Assembly (NCBI RefSeq): GCF_022539665.2
Contig: NC_081331.1
Span: 6,324,001-6,388,000 of the forward strand
DNA from: Daphnia carinata
Lineage: Eukaryota
Direction: 5' to 3'
DNA: 64,000 nucleotides
A model generated the notes under the pieces. It did not search any database. It was not told the DNA's origin and saw only the letters and a list, made by a program, of their open reading frames with translations. Below, piece by piece: positions 37,399 through 50,287 of this stretch; position 1 is the first letter of the stretch, and the number at the start of each line of letters is the position of its first letter. Both the position numbers and the translations under genes were made by a program.

Positions 37399-39672
37399 TT
37401 TCAAAAAGCCGCGTAAAAATTTTTATCAAATCCGTTTGAGACTAACCATGAAATGTAAATACCTTCATATTGGCTGTGTTGCCAAGTGTTTAGTCGGCTT
37501 GGCGCTGCAAGCATGGTATACTAGGGCTTATTATAATTCGACAAAAATCACACGGAATAGTTAAGATTGAACGCTAATTTCGATTAAGTAACTCATTTTT
37601 TCATATTTGGCCAAATTTCAAAAAATATATGGATTCGATTCATAATTCAATGAAAATCACTGAAATCAATTATTTTTCAATTGGCCTTATGGTTTTTGAA
37701 TAAACGTAAAAAACAAAATAAAATAGTTGCGGAGCTTTACTTATGAAAACACACTTTGTTTAGATGAAACAATAATAAAAAAAAATAAAAACTAGAACGA
37801 TAATAGGCATTTTATTATTCCCATAAATATAAAGTAAAAATTGTAAATGATTATTAAAATATTCAACGTCGTCAATGACGGCAACGCCAAGATTGCCGTA
37901 GATTCTCCGCCTGCTTTTTCGTTCGTGTTAGCAAGAATCTGTGCGATCGCAATGTCGTCACATAGTAGAGGACGAAGCGTGGCTTTTGCGCCTGTTGGAA
38001 ACAAAGTATAGACCAGAAATTCACAAGAGATGCACATCAGGGTAGCATGCACGTTTTACACTCCCATCGTTTAATCGTGAAAGTTTTCTCGTGCTCGAAA
38101 GGTTGTTGTGCTGTTACATTTTGTATTAGTCACATTGGTTAGATTATGTACTGTGGCTGGATATGTATATATATATATGTTTAAACTGTGATAGATATTC
38201 CAGTTAAATCAGCTCTAAGGTATTTTTTGCTTACCAATTTGGTAAGTGAAAGTGCCACGACATGACTTTTATAACACTTATCTCTCCATAAATGTGAGTT
38301 ACCTAATCAGTTCTTTTTGTTTCAGATGCTACATAGAATGTAAATATTTTACTTGACTGAACTATTTTGAGCTCTAGTTTTCTTTTGAAAAATACCACAA
38401 CATGAAGGTTTTTCAGTGGTTGGATTACCTGTAGGTGTTGAGCTACTTTTAGGGTAATGTAAATATAATAATGTTACATGTAATATTAAAATATTTCCAG
38501 TATTGCTTTCCTGTTTGATAGTTCAGAAAGCTGTTGCCAAGCAGGATGTTTGGGATAATTCAGATAACAGTATGATGGTGCCAATCGAGCGATCAGGTTA
38601 GATAATCCTGCTTTTTCTACCACGTGTCACAGCACCCTTCTTCTGCTACATGATCTACTTGCTCTTTCATTTTTCTTGCATGACATTTACCAGAACAACA
38701 ATGCAACAAAACTACTTGTAGGGTTGGCAACATAGAACCATTGCTTCTATTTGCAAGTAAGGATAGTAATTTTTTCAAAGTGTGTTATAGGAACAGCATA
38801 AATGCTTAGACAATGGGAAATTATCACATTTTCCAACAGATTTCTCCATTCACCCAAATTTAAATTTGGGACATTAAACCACACCAGTTGTGCAACTAAT
38901 TAGCTTGCCATTATTGGAACTAATTTGTAATTGTTTGTTTTTTTAAGATGAGTAATGGTCTCATTATCGAAGGTGCTGTAAAGATTACTGAGCATGAGTA
39001 GTTCCAGTATTCCGCCAGACGTGAAGCAATCGATAAGTTCTGGTCCAAAGTAGCATATTTGTCAACTTCTTGCATTGTTAGGAACTGATGTTTATTTTCA
39101 ATTGTTGTACCTGTGTTACTGATGATATCTCCATGAAGATTTATATGCTTGGGGTATGCCACCGATATCCAGAGGCGGCAAACATCGTAAACTGGGAAAA
39201 GTTACTCAAGGACTAACATGTCTTGGGAAAAAACCCCATAAGGTATAGATCATTGGGTTTCACAAACGTAATAGTTCAGTGCAACTAACGTTTAACCAGC
39301 AGAATGTTTATTTGAAAACGTGAGGTATTTCCGTGAAATTCGTGCATTTACAAAAAAAAAAATCGTTGTTGGCAGGGTGTAGGGCGTTTGTCCGCTTACC
39401 ATGAATGTGGATGGCTATCAACCGGGTTACCTGATAGAGTGATGTTCCTAATTGATCTCTTAACTAACGAATTTCGAAACTTGTGTTAATAAGCTTTTTC
39501 GTCTTTTTGTTGTAATGGGAGCTATTTATTTCGCTTTTTTTTTGTAAATGGAGGTTGGGCTATCTCGGCATTTAGTCCAGTGTAACTGCTTAATGTTCAG
39601 TAGTGCATTCAGTTGGCTTTTTGGTTACGGAAACACCGATTACACCCAATCGGTGGCGATCGATAATGTGTC

Positions 39673-40186
39673 TAGGGCTCGGCCCCGATCGTCGTTGATC
39701 GGGGCAAACCGCGGTTTTTCATTTAAAAATCGTCAAACCGTCGGTTCGGTTTAGCCATTTTTGACTGCGGTTCGGTTTGCAACTGGGCCAAACCGGTTTG
39801 AACCGCTATTAAAAATTTTTGTTTTGAAATTTTGCTAAAATTACAAATCAAGTAATTATCACTAATTGTTATGAACGTAATGGCGGTCTGAAACTTGTTT
39901 GAAATAAAATTTCCGATCAGACTTGTAAGTATCGCGATCGAAAATTGGTTCGATCTTTCCGCCATCTAGCGGCAAACTCTGTTACTGATGTATTGTCCTA
40001 TGCAAACTGGAAATTCGTAGTGCAAACCCTGCAAAACCGTAAAGGGATACAAATTTCGTGTCAAACCGCGGTTCAATCGGTTTGGAAAAATTGGCAAACC
40101 GAACCGCACCGGTTTGTCCTTTAAAAAAAAAAAAAACCGCGCGTGTCGGCCAAAATCGTGCCCGATCGTCGCGGGGCCGAGCCCTA
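39673..40186. mobile_element. 514-bp hAT-type MITE
   Basis: Perfect 15-bp TIR TAGGGCTCGGCCCCG/CGGGGCCGAGCCCTA; 8-bp TSD AATGTGTC (39665-39672 and 40187-40194); many subterminal AACCG/CGGTT motifs. Confidence 0.93.
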
Positions 40187-41699
40187 AATGTGTCGCCTTT
40201 TCCGTTTTCGCGCTCTGCCATTCTTGCAAAGGTGAGTGTTTAGTATCAATACGACGTAATGAAGATGAACCATGAGTGAAGTTTCGAATTTCTGGTACTT
40301 CATTCTTATTTATCCAAGTCCTTTTTCCTGGCTTTATGTTGCATAGCTGCAAAAGTCTTAAACATAGTACGTAAGTTATTTGAAGTTTGTTCCAGCTTTC
40401 TAAATACCACCAGCCTATTTATTGTTTACATTGATGAACTAACCCAATTATGATAATTTTGTTTCCAAGTGTCATAGACCTGGTAGATTTGAATTAGCAT
40501 ACTCTGGAAGGCTGTGATATTGTTGTAAACTGGATTGCCATATTTAATTACTTATGATGTTTGCTCTTTAAAAATTTTATATTATTACAATTTCATCTAT
40601 ACATAGCCATAGAAAAGCTAACATGAAAAAGTGACGAGTTAATTACTTTGACAAAGCTGCTGAAGAAACTACTGCTGGAAGAAACGACAATTGTATCTGT
40701 AAAACAAACAATAACGACGTTACATTACTCAAACCGTTCTAATATCAATTAGAATGATTGCTTGTTTTAGCAATAAATATGTTTGAGTACTATAAAGTCG
40801 TTGTTGGTTGTTGTGGTGTGAAAATAACACACAATAATGACTTTATATCGCTCAAACATATTATTTATACTCTGACCGGAAAGTGGACGTGGCGGTCCTC
40901 GGAGTTCGATGATGTGTTCACGGAGGGCTATGTCGCTACCCACAAATCCGAATTAAACGTTAATCGCTCCTGTAAAATAATGCAGTGTCGTAAGCGGCGC
41001 AGTGGTCGTGGACGAGTTGTTAGGTTGTTTGGAATTGTGATTGTAAACATGCAGCTGGGCGTAAGAGTTGTGGGCGCAAATAATCTTGTTCGCCAGCAGA
41101 GATTATTCTGGAACGCCAAGTTCCATTGTATAAAACAAATACCGGAAATAACTGTTTACGAATTCGGAAACAACTTTAAAGTGGATGCGTACTATGACGT
41201 TACTAGATGGCAGCACGTTGGAGGCTATTTAATAGATGGCCGCCAACTGTTTCTCTAAACATAGTTTTTTGGGAACCTATAAGTAAACCGGCCATAACTT
41301 TAAATTGTAACATCGTAGAAAAAGGTTAAGGCTAAGACATCATCTGCAGCTTCTGTTATAACCGTGAATGCCAGGTAAAATCAGCCCAATCAAGGACCAT
41401 AGGCTTGTATGTATTTATTCAAAACAAAAATTATGCAAAAGAAATCTCAGACATGCTTTTGTTCTATTATGTCATAGCTTTCAGGATGTCAAAGAGACGA
41501 AACTCAAATTACCATCAGTTGCCATCATAGTTACATCTGCTTCATCTAGTGCTGTTCTGGAATTTCTTTGTCGTAAAAACTTTCGAGTTCTCCGCCGTGT
41601 ACGTTTTAAACAAGTCAGCCGAAAATGGTATCAAATTTTGTATATCGCAAATGAGTTAATAGGTTTCAGTGATTTCATAAGGTACATATGAATTTCTTT

Positions 41700-43230
41700 C
41701 TGCAGGTTGTATAGGATATGTGTTGTGTGTCCCATGGGGTGTTGTTTGCAGCCCTTTCTTGTGGTATGTGGTTAATATAGGCATATTAGATGTAGAGCTA
41801 TTTGCTGCGGATAAAATTTATGCAGGGAAAAGAACTTCATGATAATGGTGCATTGGAACTGACATGAGCTACTGGGTTTCTACCCCTTAATGGCTTCTAT
41901 TAAAATTTCATGGTAAAAAAGTAGTAACGATATTACCATTGACTTCAAGGAATTGATCACTGAAATTACCAGCAAGGGTTGAACGAAGTTCTACCTGGAA
42001 AAGCTTCCTTCGAGAATAATAGTTGGATAATGAAAGTAAATTATCCTAAATCAAGGTATGGGCTTCTTCGAAGACATAACGACCACCCCATTTTGATTTC
42101 TGTGTAGAAATTGAATCCTCTCTTTTTAAAGTTGTAAAATATTGTGCTTGAATGATTGGTAAGTTCATAGTTTCTACTGTTTATCTTCTTGGTGTTTTCT
42201 TTTTTGTCTTTTTTTTTTTTGCCCATAGAACCAAATTTTCTTCTTTTTATATAAAAAAAAGCTACTGCGAAAGAATACATAGTGATTGCCGTACAGCCAA
42301 CCCGTTTACAACATCGATTGCGTGACGCTTCAAATTCAGCTTATTGTAATGGTGTACACACATTAATATCTACGCGCATGAAATGTTTTATGTAAGTGTG
42401 ATATGAAATATTTTTTTTTACAGTGACCAGAATAATGAAGATGAGGAATGAACTGGGCATCGAAATGTGGTGGCATAAGGCATAGAGCTGTTTATTTGGC
42501 GGAAAAAAATGGTTAGCAAAGGAAAGGTTACCTTAAACCAATAGCAGGAATGTAAATCAGTTAGTAATTACAATATGTAGGTTGAATTCAACTCTGAACA
42601 TCTCTTATAGTTAGCACTGTGTAAAATGACAAAGTGGGGTGACTGGAAAGGCCTCCCACAAGAAACCATTCACTCATTCCACAGAGATATACTGTGAAAA
42701 GGAAAACCTGGCAGACAAGAAAAACAAAGGAGTTATTCTGCACCAGAGGATTTCCTCTGTCAGGTGGGTGTAAATGTTTAAAACTTGGTAATGGTAGCTG
42801 ACATAGGTATGCAATCCATTGGCTACACTCAAATCAACATATTCTCTAAATTTGCCTATAGTAGTTACGCGCAGCCTGTGCCACTGCATACAAGTAGTAT
42901 TCTCTCAAAGCTGGGACATGATTGCTATACCAGCTTTGGGCCAACTATCTGGAATGAAAAATCCACTTGTAATTGTTAGAACTTCCGTTACTATCTTGCG
43001 AGTGACATCGTAACATTTCACCGATTCATTGGACGAATCTATTGGATTCTAATGTTATTTGGTACAAAAATTATCTTATGCAAACTATGAGGCGGCTATT
43101 GACATATTCACGAAGTCTGGCTGTACAAGGTCTAACTACGGCCGCCAGATGTCCCAAATCATTGTTATGAAAAGTTGTATCAGAATTGTGCTTGTGCTGT
43201 AGGTTTTTATTTAATAATAATGTAAACTTA
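41700..43230 (+). pseudogene. Heavily decayed coding relic, possibly the C-terminus of an Academ-type (XPG-like plus Cys-rich) transposase
   Basis: Across frameshifts and stops it reads ...NLP.SS...VIW...IDIFTKSGCTRSN.GR.C...SELCLC, resembling the terminal Cys cluster of such transposases (from memory). No continuous ORF. Confidence 0.3.
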
Positions 43231-44202
43231 TGAGTGTAATCGTGTGAAGCTAAGTAATTCTGATGGATATCAAATAAAGGTGAGGGTTTTGAAATATTTG
43301 CCTGGATTATTATGTGTGTGGTATTGCTTTAAAGTGGTATATGAGTCATACCTGAAAACTGAACTTCAACAACTTTAAAAGGCCACGTTATATTAATTTA
43401 CTATAGTTAACGTTTGAAACTGCGCAGATCTTCTATACCTTGTAAAAAAAACATAGTTCATTTTTTTAATTTTCGAAATTTCAACTTCCGGTTTAAGATC
43501 CGGTTTGAAAATGCTTAATAACTCACTATCTATTGGTCTGAAATAAAAAAGACCGGCAGTTTCGTAATCCTCGTGAAATTTGGGGTCGAATCCATGGGTC
43601 AGTAGAAAATACCCGAAAATCGTCAAAAATCGCAAATTTTCCTGAACTTCAGGAAAAATCGCGATTTTGGTCAAATTGGACTTTTCGCCAAAAACTGGTC
43701 AAAATAGGTCAGACACACCTTAAATTTCACGAGGATCACGAAAATCATATTCGTTTTGTTGTGGGCCCAGTATTTCTGGAGATATAGGCTACTTCTGGTC
43801 GCTTCCGGTAATTTTTTTTTTCAAATTGGCAAAAAGTAAAAAATGAACATTAATATTCCAAACATTTTAAGCATTTTGATCATAAATGGAATGGGGTGGC
43901 GGCTTTTTTCGTGTTTGTTTTGCTATTTCACTATTGGTTGATCGCGCGAGTTGCATATACTTATAACACTACTTCGTTAACAGAGACTACTAGCACTATG
44001 TATCACATTAATGGGAAGGTATACCTGATAAGTATAGATCATAGCATGAAGATATACCTCGTGTTATTATTATAATCTTTCATGCACGGAAATCTGATGT
44101 ACAGTCAGGCTTAAAAATAAGCCCGACTAAAAAAATAAGCCCGACCTTTTCTTATTTCACGTTACCGATGTACCGTACTGGCACGCTACGAGAATTTATG
44201 TA

Positions 44203-44274
44203 ATACTAATAGCTCTGAGGTAGAGCGTCTGACTACGGGAATCGAAAGTCAAGAGTTCGAATCACGTCTGGATC
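44203..44274 (+). pseudogene. Decayed tRNA-like sequence, Arg(ACG)-like
   Basis: TAGCTCTGAGGTAGAGC GTCTGACTACGG...GAGTTCGAATC; acceptor stem degenerate. Confidence 0.65.
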
Positions 44275-44470
44275 CTCTGTGCCAGACGATTGATTTACGG
44301 TACCCATTGTAGACAATATTTCTTTGTACAAAAAATGAATCACTCTATTGTATTTATAGGTGACATTCGGAGACGGAAAGATTAAATTGAGTTGGGACGT
44401 GCAACAATATTATTGCAATTGCAAATAGGTTTCCTTCAAAAGACATGGAAAAATAGTTATCTACTTTACA

Positions 44471-44542
44471 AGACTCGTGGCTTTATGGTTGAGCATCGGT
44501 GTCGCACGCCAGAAATCAAGGGTTCATTCCCCTAAAAGGTCA
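44471..44542 (+). pseudogene. Decayed tRNA-like sequence, Ala(CGC)-like
   Basis: TGGCTTTATGGTTGAGC...GTCGCAC...GGGTTCATTCCC. Confidence 0.6.
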
Positions 44543-45775
44543 GAATGAAATGAAATAAATATATATAACTCAAAATGTCAAATGTGATATACAATGCATG
44601 TATACAATTCAATATCATTAATGCACTAAAAGTTGTAGAATCTCCATGAAGTGAGAATAAAGTGCATCGTTCCATGAACAATGAAGTCGTATAACAACGA
44701 AATATTCGCTCATGATTTGGGAACACCAAAAGTTGAAAATATAAGGTATACGTCAATAAAATGACATTGCGACATAAATAAGGAAATGTTCGCAATAGTG
44801 AAAAATGCAGAGCAACACAACGGCAGTAAAAAAACTGTAAATTTTATTTTTTAAGAATTTGTATTGACAATACTCTGCACAATTTAATGACTTGGAACTT
44901 TGAAAGGGCAAAATATCCGCTTTCAAAGTTGCTGTCAACCATGGTAGGGGGAGACACTACCTCAGTTGACTCACCGGGGAGATTACCCGGTGCGTGGCTA
45001 AGAGAAGCCGGAAAAAGAGCGAAGGTTGCGGACAAGCTTTTACGTGAGCGATTAACCGTTAATTCGGATTTGTGGGTAGCCCCCAAGTCCTCCAAAAGAT
45101 ATCATCGAGCCAGGGGGACCCCCACGTCCCCTTTCCGGACAGCGCACTCACAATCGTTACTGCTGATCACAGTAGGGGCATGACCCCCTACGGGCTTATT
45201 ACAAATCTAGGGGAAACGGGGCCACAGAAAAGAAGGGAGCCCAGATATGCACTTTAATTTATAAAAATATTATGTTTTACGTTCTGGATGAATCAGCAAT
45301 TAACCGTGAAGTGACAGTAGCGTTCTTCGAAAATCTAGCATCTCTTTTCGTCTTCTATTTCTAAAATAGGGAAATATAACGGCTGGACATCTTTTATGGT
45401 TAGCTGCAAAATTTCATCATGAAATCTGGAATGAAAAAGAAAATTCAGATCAAGGTAAAATGTGGCCACAGAGAAGATAAGAACCTATTAATTGTGCTTC
45501 ACTTTGAATGAAACAAACACCATAACATGGGAGATTTGGATCACATTTCCAATGGGAGCTTAGCTATGCACTTCACTTTGAACATACCATGGGTGAAGGT
45601 TGGACCAAAATATCTATATCCTTTAAACGATACTGATAGTTTTCAACTACAAATGTGTCAGCCTCCACAAACTTTGGGCTTATCATTTGAAATTTTCCTT
45701 TCTGTAATTCAAGATATTTTATTAAATTAACTCATGATCTCTAAACCATCAATCAAATACCGAATTGTTTAAGAA

Positions 45776-46903
45776 TATGGCAATCCGTTTTACATAAAAA
45801 AAAAAAAAAAAAACCAAAAAAAAAAAAAAAAAAAATCCCACTTTTTTCTCTTTTTTCTACCCGTAGCCATCTACCAGTCGGTTTCGTTACTACAGGCATA
45901 TAAGCAATTTGAGTTAATTGTATCCTATTAGCAGTTAATTGAGTAGCGTGGCTGGAGAAAAACGCGTGGCTGGAGAAAAACTCGTGGCTGGAGAAAAATA
46001 TTTAAAAATGGATAAGATAATAAAGGATAAGGATGGTAAGTATAAACATTATTTTATTAGTTTTCAATTATTAATTATTGTTTATTAGATAAAATTATGA
46101 AGCTGCAGGCTCAATTTTTTCAACAGCACAGAATCTTAGATGACAACAAAACTAAGGATGGTAATATGTAATGATTGTATTTGTGTTCTTTTATTCATTT
46201 GTGTTTTTTAGCTCAAACTTTGTGTCTACAAGCTCAGTTACTGGAAAATAACAAATTAGAACTGGACACTTTCAAAACAGTGAAGGAGGTTTTTCCAAAC
46301 TCATCCCTAACTGAACGTGAGGATGAGTTGGCATTAGGCAAACACAGTCAGGTACATAAACTTTTCAAATAAGAATTCCAAATAAGTATAGAATTTTAAC
46401 AAACAATTATTTATTGTTTAGTTATTCAGTCTACCACCTGACAGTGTGTTAAATTTAAATTCTGTTAGTGCTGCACAAAAAGAATCGTTAGTAATAAGCC
46501 CATGCAGTGAAGGAAGTGAACAATTGTGGGACCGTATTTGGGCCGAAAATGGGTGTGGTACGGAAACCAAGATATGGCACAAGTTTAACATGAAACATGG
46601 ATTAGGTACTTTTCGGTTTTATGTCTATTGAAAAAGTATTTTTAATGCTATTATTTTGCATTCACAGAATTTAATGGGGGATCAAATCAAGTCTGGAAGT
46701 GTTACAGGATGGAAGAGTCAGCCTACAGATGAAAAAACACTGTGTGTATTACCATTAAGGTATGAGGTAAAGTAATAGAGTATGCACATTGTCTAATGTG
46801 TTTATTTTATTAACAATTCAAAAGATTAATCCTAGTTTCAGCCAAACATGAAATAATCCAGAGAAGTACCATCTTGTGTTAATAAATCCAGTACAACAGC
46901 AAC
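45776..46903 (+). mobile_element. Truncated left-end copy of the TATGGCAATCC element
   Basis: End motif plus A-run, then a direct repeat of 47674-~48718 including exon-like segments (MDKIIK..., EREDELALG, IWAENGCGTET). Confidence 0.8.
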
Positions 46904-47880
46904 ACAGGGCTTTTCGCAGTACCATTCTAATCATTGCGAGGGTAGTTGTATTCCCTTACTATTTCGCATTCACCTACACCCTTAAAAAGGAAATATTGGC
47001 CTTTTTCTGTTTTACTGCTATCGCCATCTAACGGTCACGTTTCTAGTTAATTCTCTATATACACTGACCGAAAAAAAATTTATGCCCGACTAAATAAGCC
47101 CGACTTTTCTCGGTCGGGCTTTAAAATTTTTTCTGAAAAAGCTGAAACTCATTGGGATTGGTTGAGTACCTCAGGATATACTCAAAATTGAATGCTGATT
47201 CCGGGAAAATTGCTCTTTTTTTCATTAAGTTAGTTTTTATTGAAATACACCGAATATTTCTACTGCATCACGCTAGCGTTGTACCGTACTGGCACGCTAG
47301 CATTGCGCCAAATATTCGGTGAAATTCACATGTTATACGCAAAGTGAAATGCTGATTCAGGGAAATTATTCGCTTTCTCGCCAAAGCAGCTGTTTTTGAA
47401 ATATATTTAATAGTACGATACGCTGTTTTGTACAGGCGCGCTGTACCGTACTGGCGCGCCAACTTCGATTTGGGAAAGTCGGACTTATTTATTTTGTCGG
47501 GCTTATTTTCTAGCCCTACCTTCTTGAACATCGGGAGCCGTTGAGTGAAATAGAACTGGATACCTTACCAGTAGATGGCTATACCGTTTGGTGGGTCGTC
47601 TGCGACATAAATCCAAGGTTTACCATATGTAAGCTTGCAGCATATTTGCTATAATGGTATGGCAATATGGCAATATGGCAATCCGTTTTACATGAAAAAA
47701 AAAAAAAATGGCGGAAAAAAAAAAAAAATCGCACTTTTTTCTCTTTTTTCTACCCGTAGCCATCTATCAGTCGGTTTCGTTATTACAGCATGTAAGCAAT
47801 TTGAGTTAATTGTATCCCATTAGCAGTTAATTGAGTAGCGTGGCTGGAGAACAACGCGTGGCTGGAGGAACAATTGAAAA

Positions 47881-49110
47881 ATGGATAAGATAATAAAACA
47901 AAAAAATGGTAAGTATAAACATTATTATATTGGTTTTCAATTATTAATTATTGTTTATTAGATCAAATTATGAAGCTGCAGGCCCAGTTATTGGAACAAC
48001 ACAAAATATTAGATAACAAAGCTAAGGATCGTAGGCCTAACACGTAATGATTCTATTTATTTGCTTTTATTCATTCGTGTTTTGTAGCTCAAATTTTGAG
48101 TCTTCAAGCTCAGCTAGGGGAAAAGAACAAATTGGAACGGAACAGTTTCCAAACAGTGAAGGAGGTTTTTCAAAACTCATCTCAAACTGAACGTGAGGAT
48201 GAGTTGGCATTAGGCGAACACAGCCAGGTACCTAAAGTTTTCAAATAAGAATTCAAAATAAGTATAGAATTTTAAAAAACAGTTATTTATTGCTTAGTTA
48301 TTCAGTCCACCACATGACAGTGTGTTAAATTTAAATTCTGTTAGTGCTGCACTAAAAGAATCGTTAGTAATAAGCTCATGCAGTGAAGGAACTGAACAAT
48401 TGTGGGAACGTATTTGGGCCGAAAATGGGTGTGGTACAGAAACCCAGAAATGGCACAAGTTCAACATGAAACATGGATTAGGTACTTTTCGGTTTTCTGT
48501 CTATCGAAAAAGTATTTTTAATGCTATTATTTTGCATTCACAGATTTTAACGGGGGATCAAATCAAGTCTGGAAGTGTTACAGGATGGAAGAGTGAGCCT
48601 ACAGATGAAAAAACACTGAGAGTGCATTACCATAAGGTGTGAGGTAAATTAATAGAGTAATGCAAATTGCCTAATGAGAAGTACCATCTTGTGTTAATGA
48701 ATCCAGTACAACAGCAATCCTTTATAGTTCTGTCACAGCTAGAAGCCTCAAATAATTCTGCTTCTCTTGCTAAAGAACAACTTGTCCTTTATGTTCAGAG
48801 TGTTGGGGAAACTGGGTATTTAAATGGCCCTAAAGATGTTTTAATTTTGCTGCTATTGCAGAGATGAACATCATACATGGACTCTTTAGGTATGAAAGGA
48901 TTTTTCTTCAAATAATTTTGAATTTATGACGAAGAATTTCTCCTCCTTTTTGCCAACCAGGTCTTATCTACCAAAAAAAAAATTTATCCAATAGGAAAGG
49001 ATTTTCATGTACTGGGAAAACAACTATCAACAATGCAACATTCTACAGGTGCTAGTTTATCATTCAAGATCCTTATGCAATGAAGTTAATCTGCAATTTG
49101 TATGTCCTTT
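47881..49110 (+). pseudogene. Decayed multi-exon passenger gene of unknown family (further partial copies at 46008-46760 and 57180-57880)
   Basis: ATG at 47881 and four phase-compatible GT-AG exons (coiled-coil-like MKLQAQLLEQ... through KHGL); later exons carry stops or frameshifts that differ among copies. Confidence 0.55.
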
Positions 49111-49915
49111 CCCAAGCTTCCACCAGAAGTTGAATCTATGAGTCATGTAAGTTCCATGATCAACAATTGATGTGTTTAACTGTGTTGTTTTTCTTTTCTC
49201 AATATAGGTTAATAGTAACATTGGATCTGAAAAGATTCTTGGTTGGGGCAAGACACTGAATAAATTGTATTGATTGGATGGATGACATGACATTGCTATA
49301 CTTAATTCGGATTCCCCAGACGGTATTTGATATTTAAAAAATTGAAGTGCATATCTGGGCTCCCTTCTTTTCTGAAGCCCCGTTTCCCCTTGACTCATAA
49401 TAAGCCCGTAGGGGGTCATGCCCCTACTGTACGGTATATATAAAAACAACATATACCGAGGTTTGGAGGGCTCTGGCCGGAAAGGGGACGTGGGGTGCCG
49501 CTTCGTCCGATGATGTGTTCACGGAGGGTGACGTGGCTGCCCACAAATCCGAACTAAAGGTTAATCGCTCCTGTAAAAATGTTCCAAATCTTCAGCTCTT
49601 CTTCCGGCTTCTCTTAGCCAATCACCGGGTAATCTCCCCGGTGGGTCAACAAGGCAGTGTCTCCCCCTGCCTGGGTTGACGGCAACTTTTGAAAGGTCTA
49701 TTGTGCCTTTTTAAAGTTGCAAAATCATTTATATGTGCAGAGTAATGTCAATACAATTTATTTTTTTTTAACAAAAAATAGCAAAACTTATGTTTTTAAC
49801 TGCCTTCTTACTCTGCCCTTTCTTTTTTTTTTTATATTGCTTGGTCTTGTGTTTTCTGCTTGGCATTCTTCTAATTTCTTTCTTCATTTAATATTCATAC
49901 TTCGATAATCCATTT

Positions 49916-49988
49916 TAAGTCGTCTGGGATTTGAACCACAGAATTCTTGCACCATAGGCCAGCGTGCTACCGGTATGTCATACTACCC
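49916..49988 (-). pseudogene. Decayed tRNA-like sequence, Pro-like
   Basis: Reverse complement CTGGC CT ATG GT GCAAG AATT CTGTGG TTCAAAT CCCAG ACGAC parallels eukaryotic tRNA-Pro CTCGC TT AGG GT GCGAG AGGT CCCGGG TTCAAAT CCCGG ACGAG. Confidence 0.6.
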
Positions 49989-50075
49989 TTGTTAATATTG
50001 TTTCGGATTGTGATACCTATATAGATATTCAGTACACACTAGCTTATTGTTGAATGCATATTAGTTATTTGTAAG

Positions 50076-50148
50076 TTCATGGTTGGAATAATGGTAAAGC
50101 ATGTGGTTGTCATGCTAGAATACTAGGGTTCGATCCCCATATCAGTTA
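50076..50148 (+). pseudogene. Decayed tRNA-like sequence, Asp(GTC)/Gly-like
   Basis: A-box-like TGGAATAATGG, loop TT GTC AT and B box GGGTTCGATCCCC at tRNA spacing. Confidence 0.5.
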
Positions 50149-50287
50149 ATGTACAGCTAAATAATAAATACAAAATTAAATAGTGTAAAATCGTTTTTAT
50201 TGTCCCTCCTTCCACCCACATATCCACCACTATTACATACATTTTAAAATACAGTACACAACATACAATACATACACAGATACACTT

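Larger units (their letters stand above)
43255..45775 (+). mobile_element. ~2.5 kb repeat, inverted copy of 1502-3990, cut on the right by a TATGGCAATCC element end
   Basis: Collinear reverse-complement match; homology stops at 45775 where TATGGCAATCCGTTTTACA begins. Confidence 0.85.

Noticed and set aside
40758..41258. 166-aa ORF
   Set aside because: It crosses a fragment of the hairpin-module repeat and has no recognisable domain or splice support.
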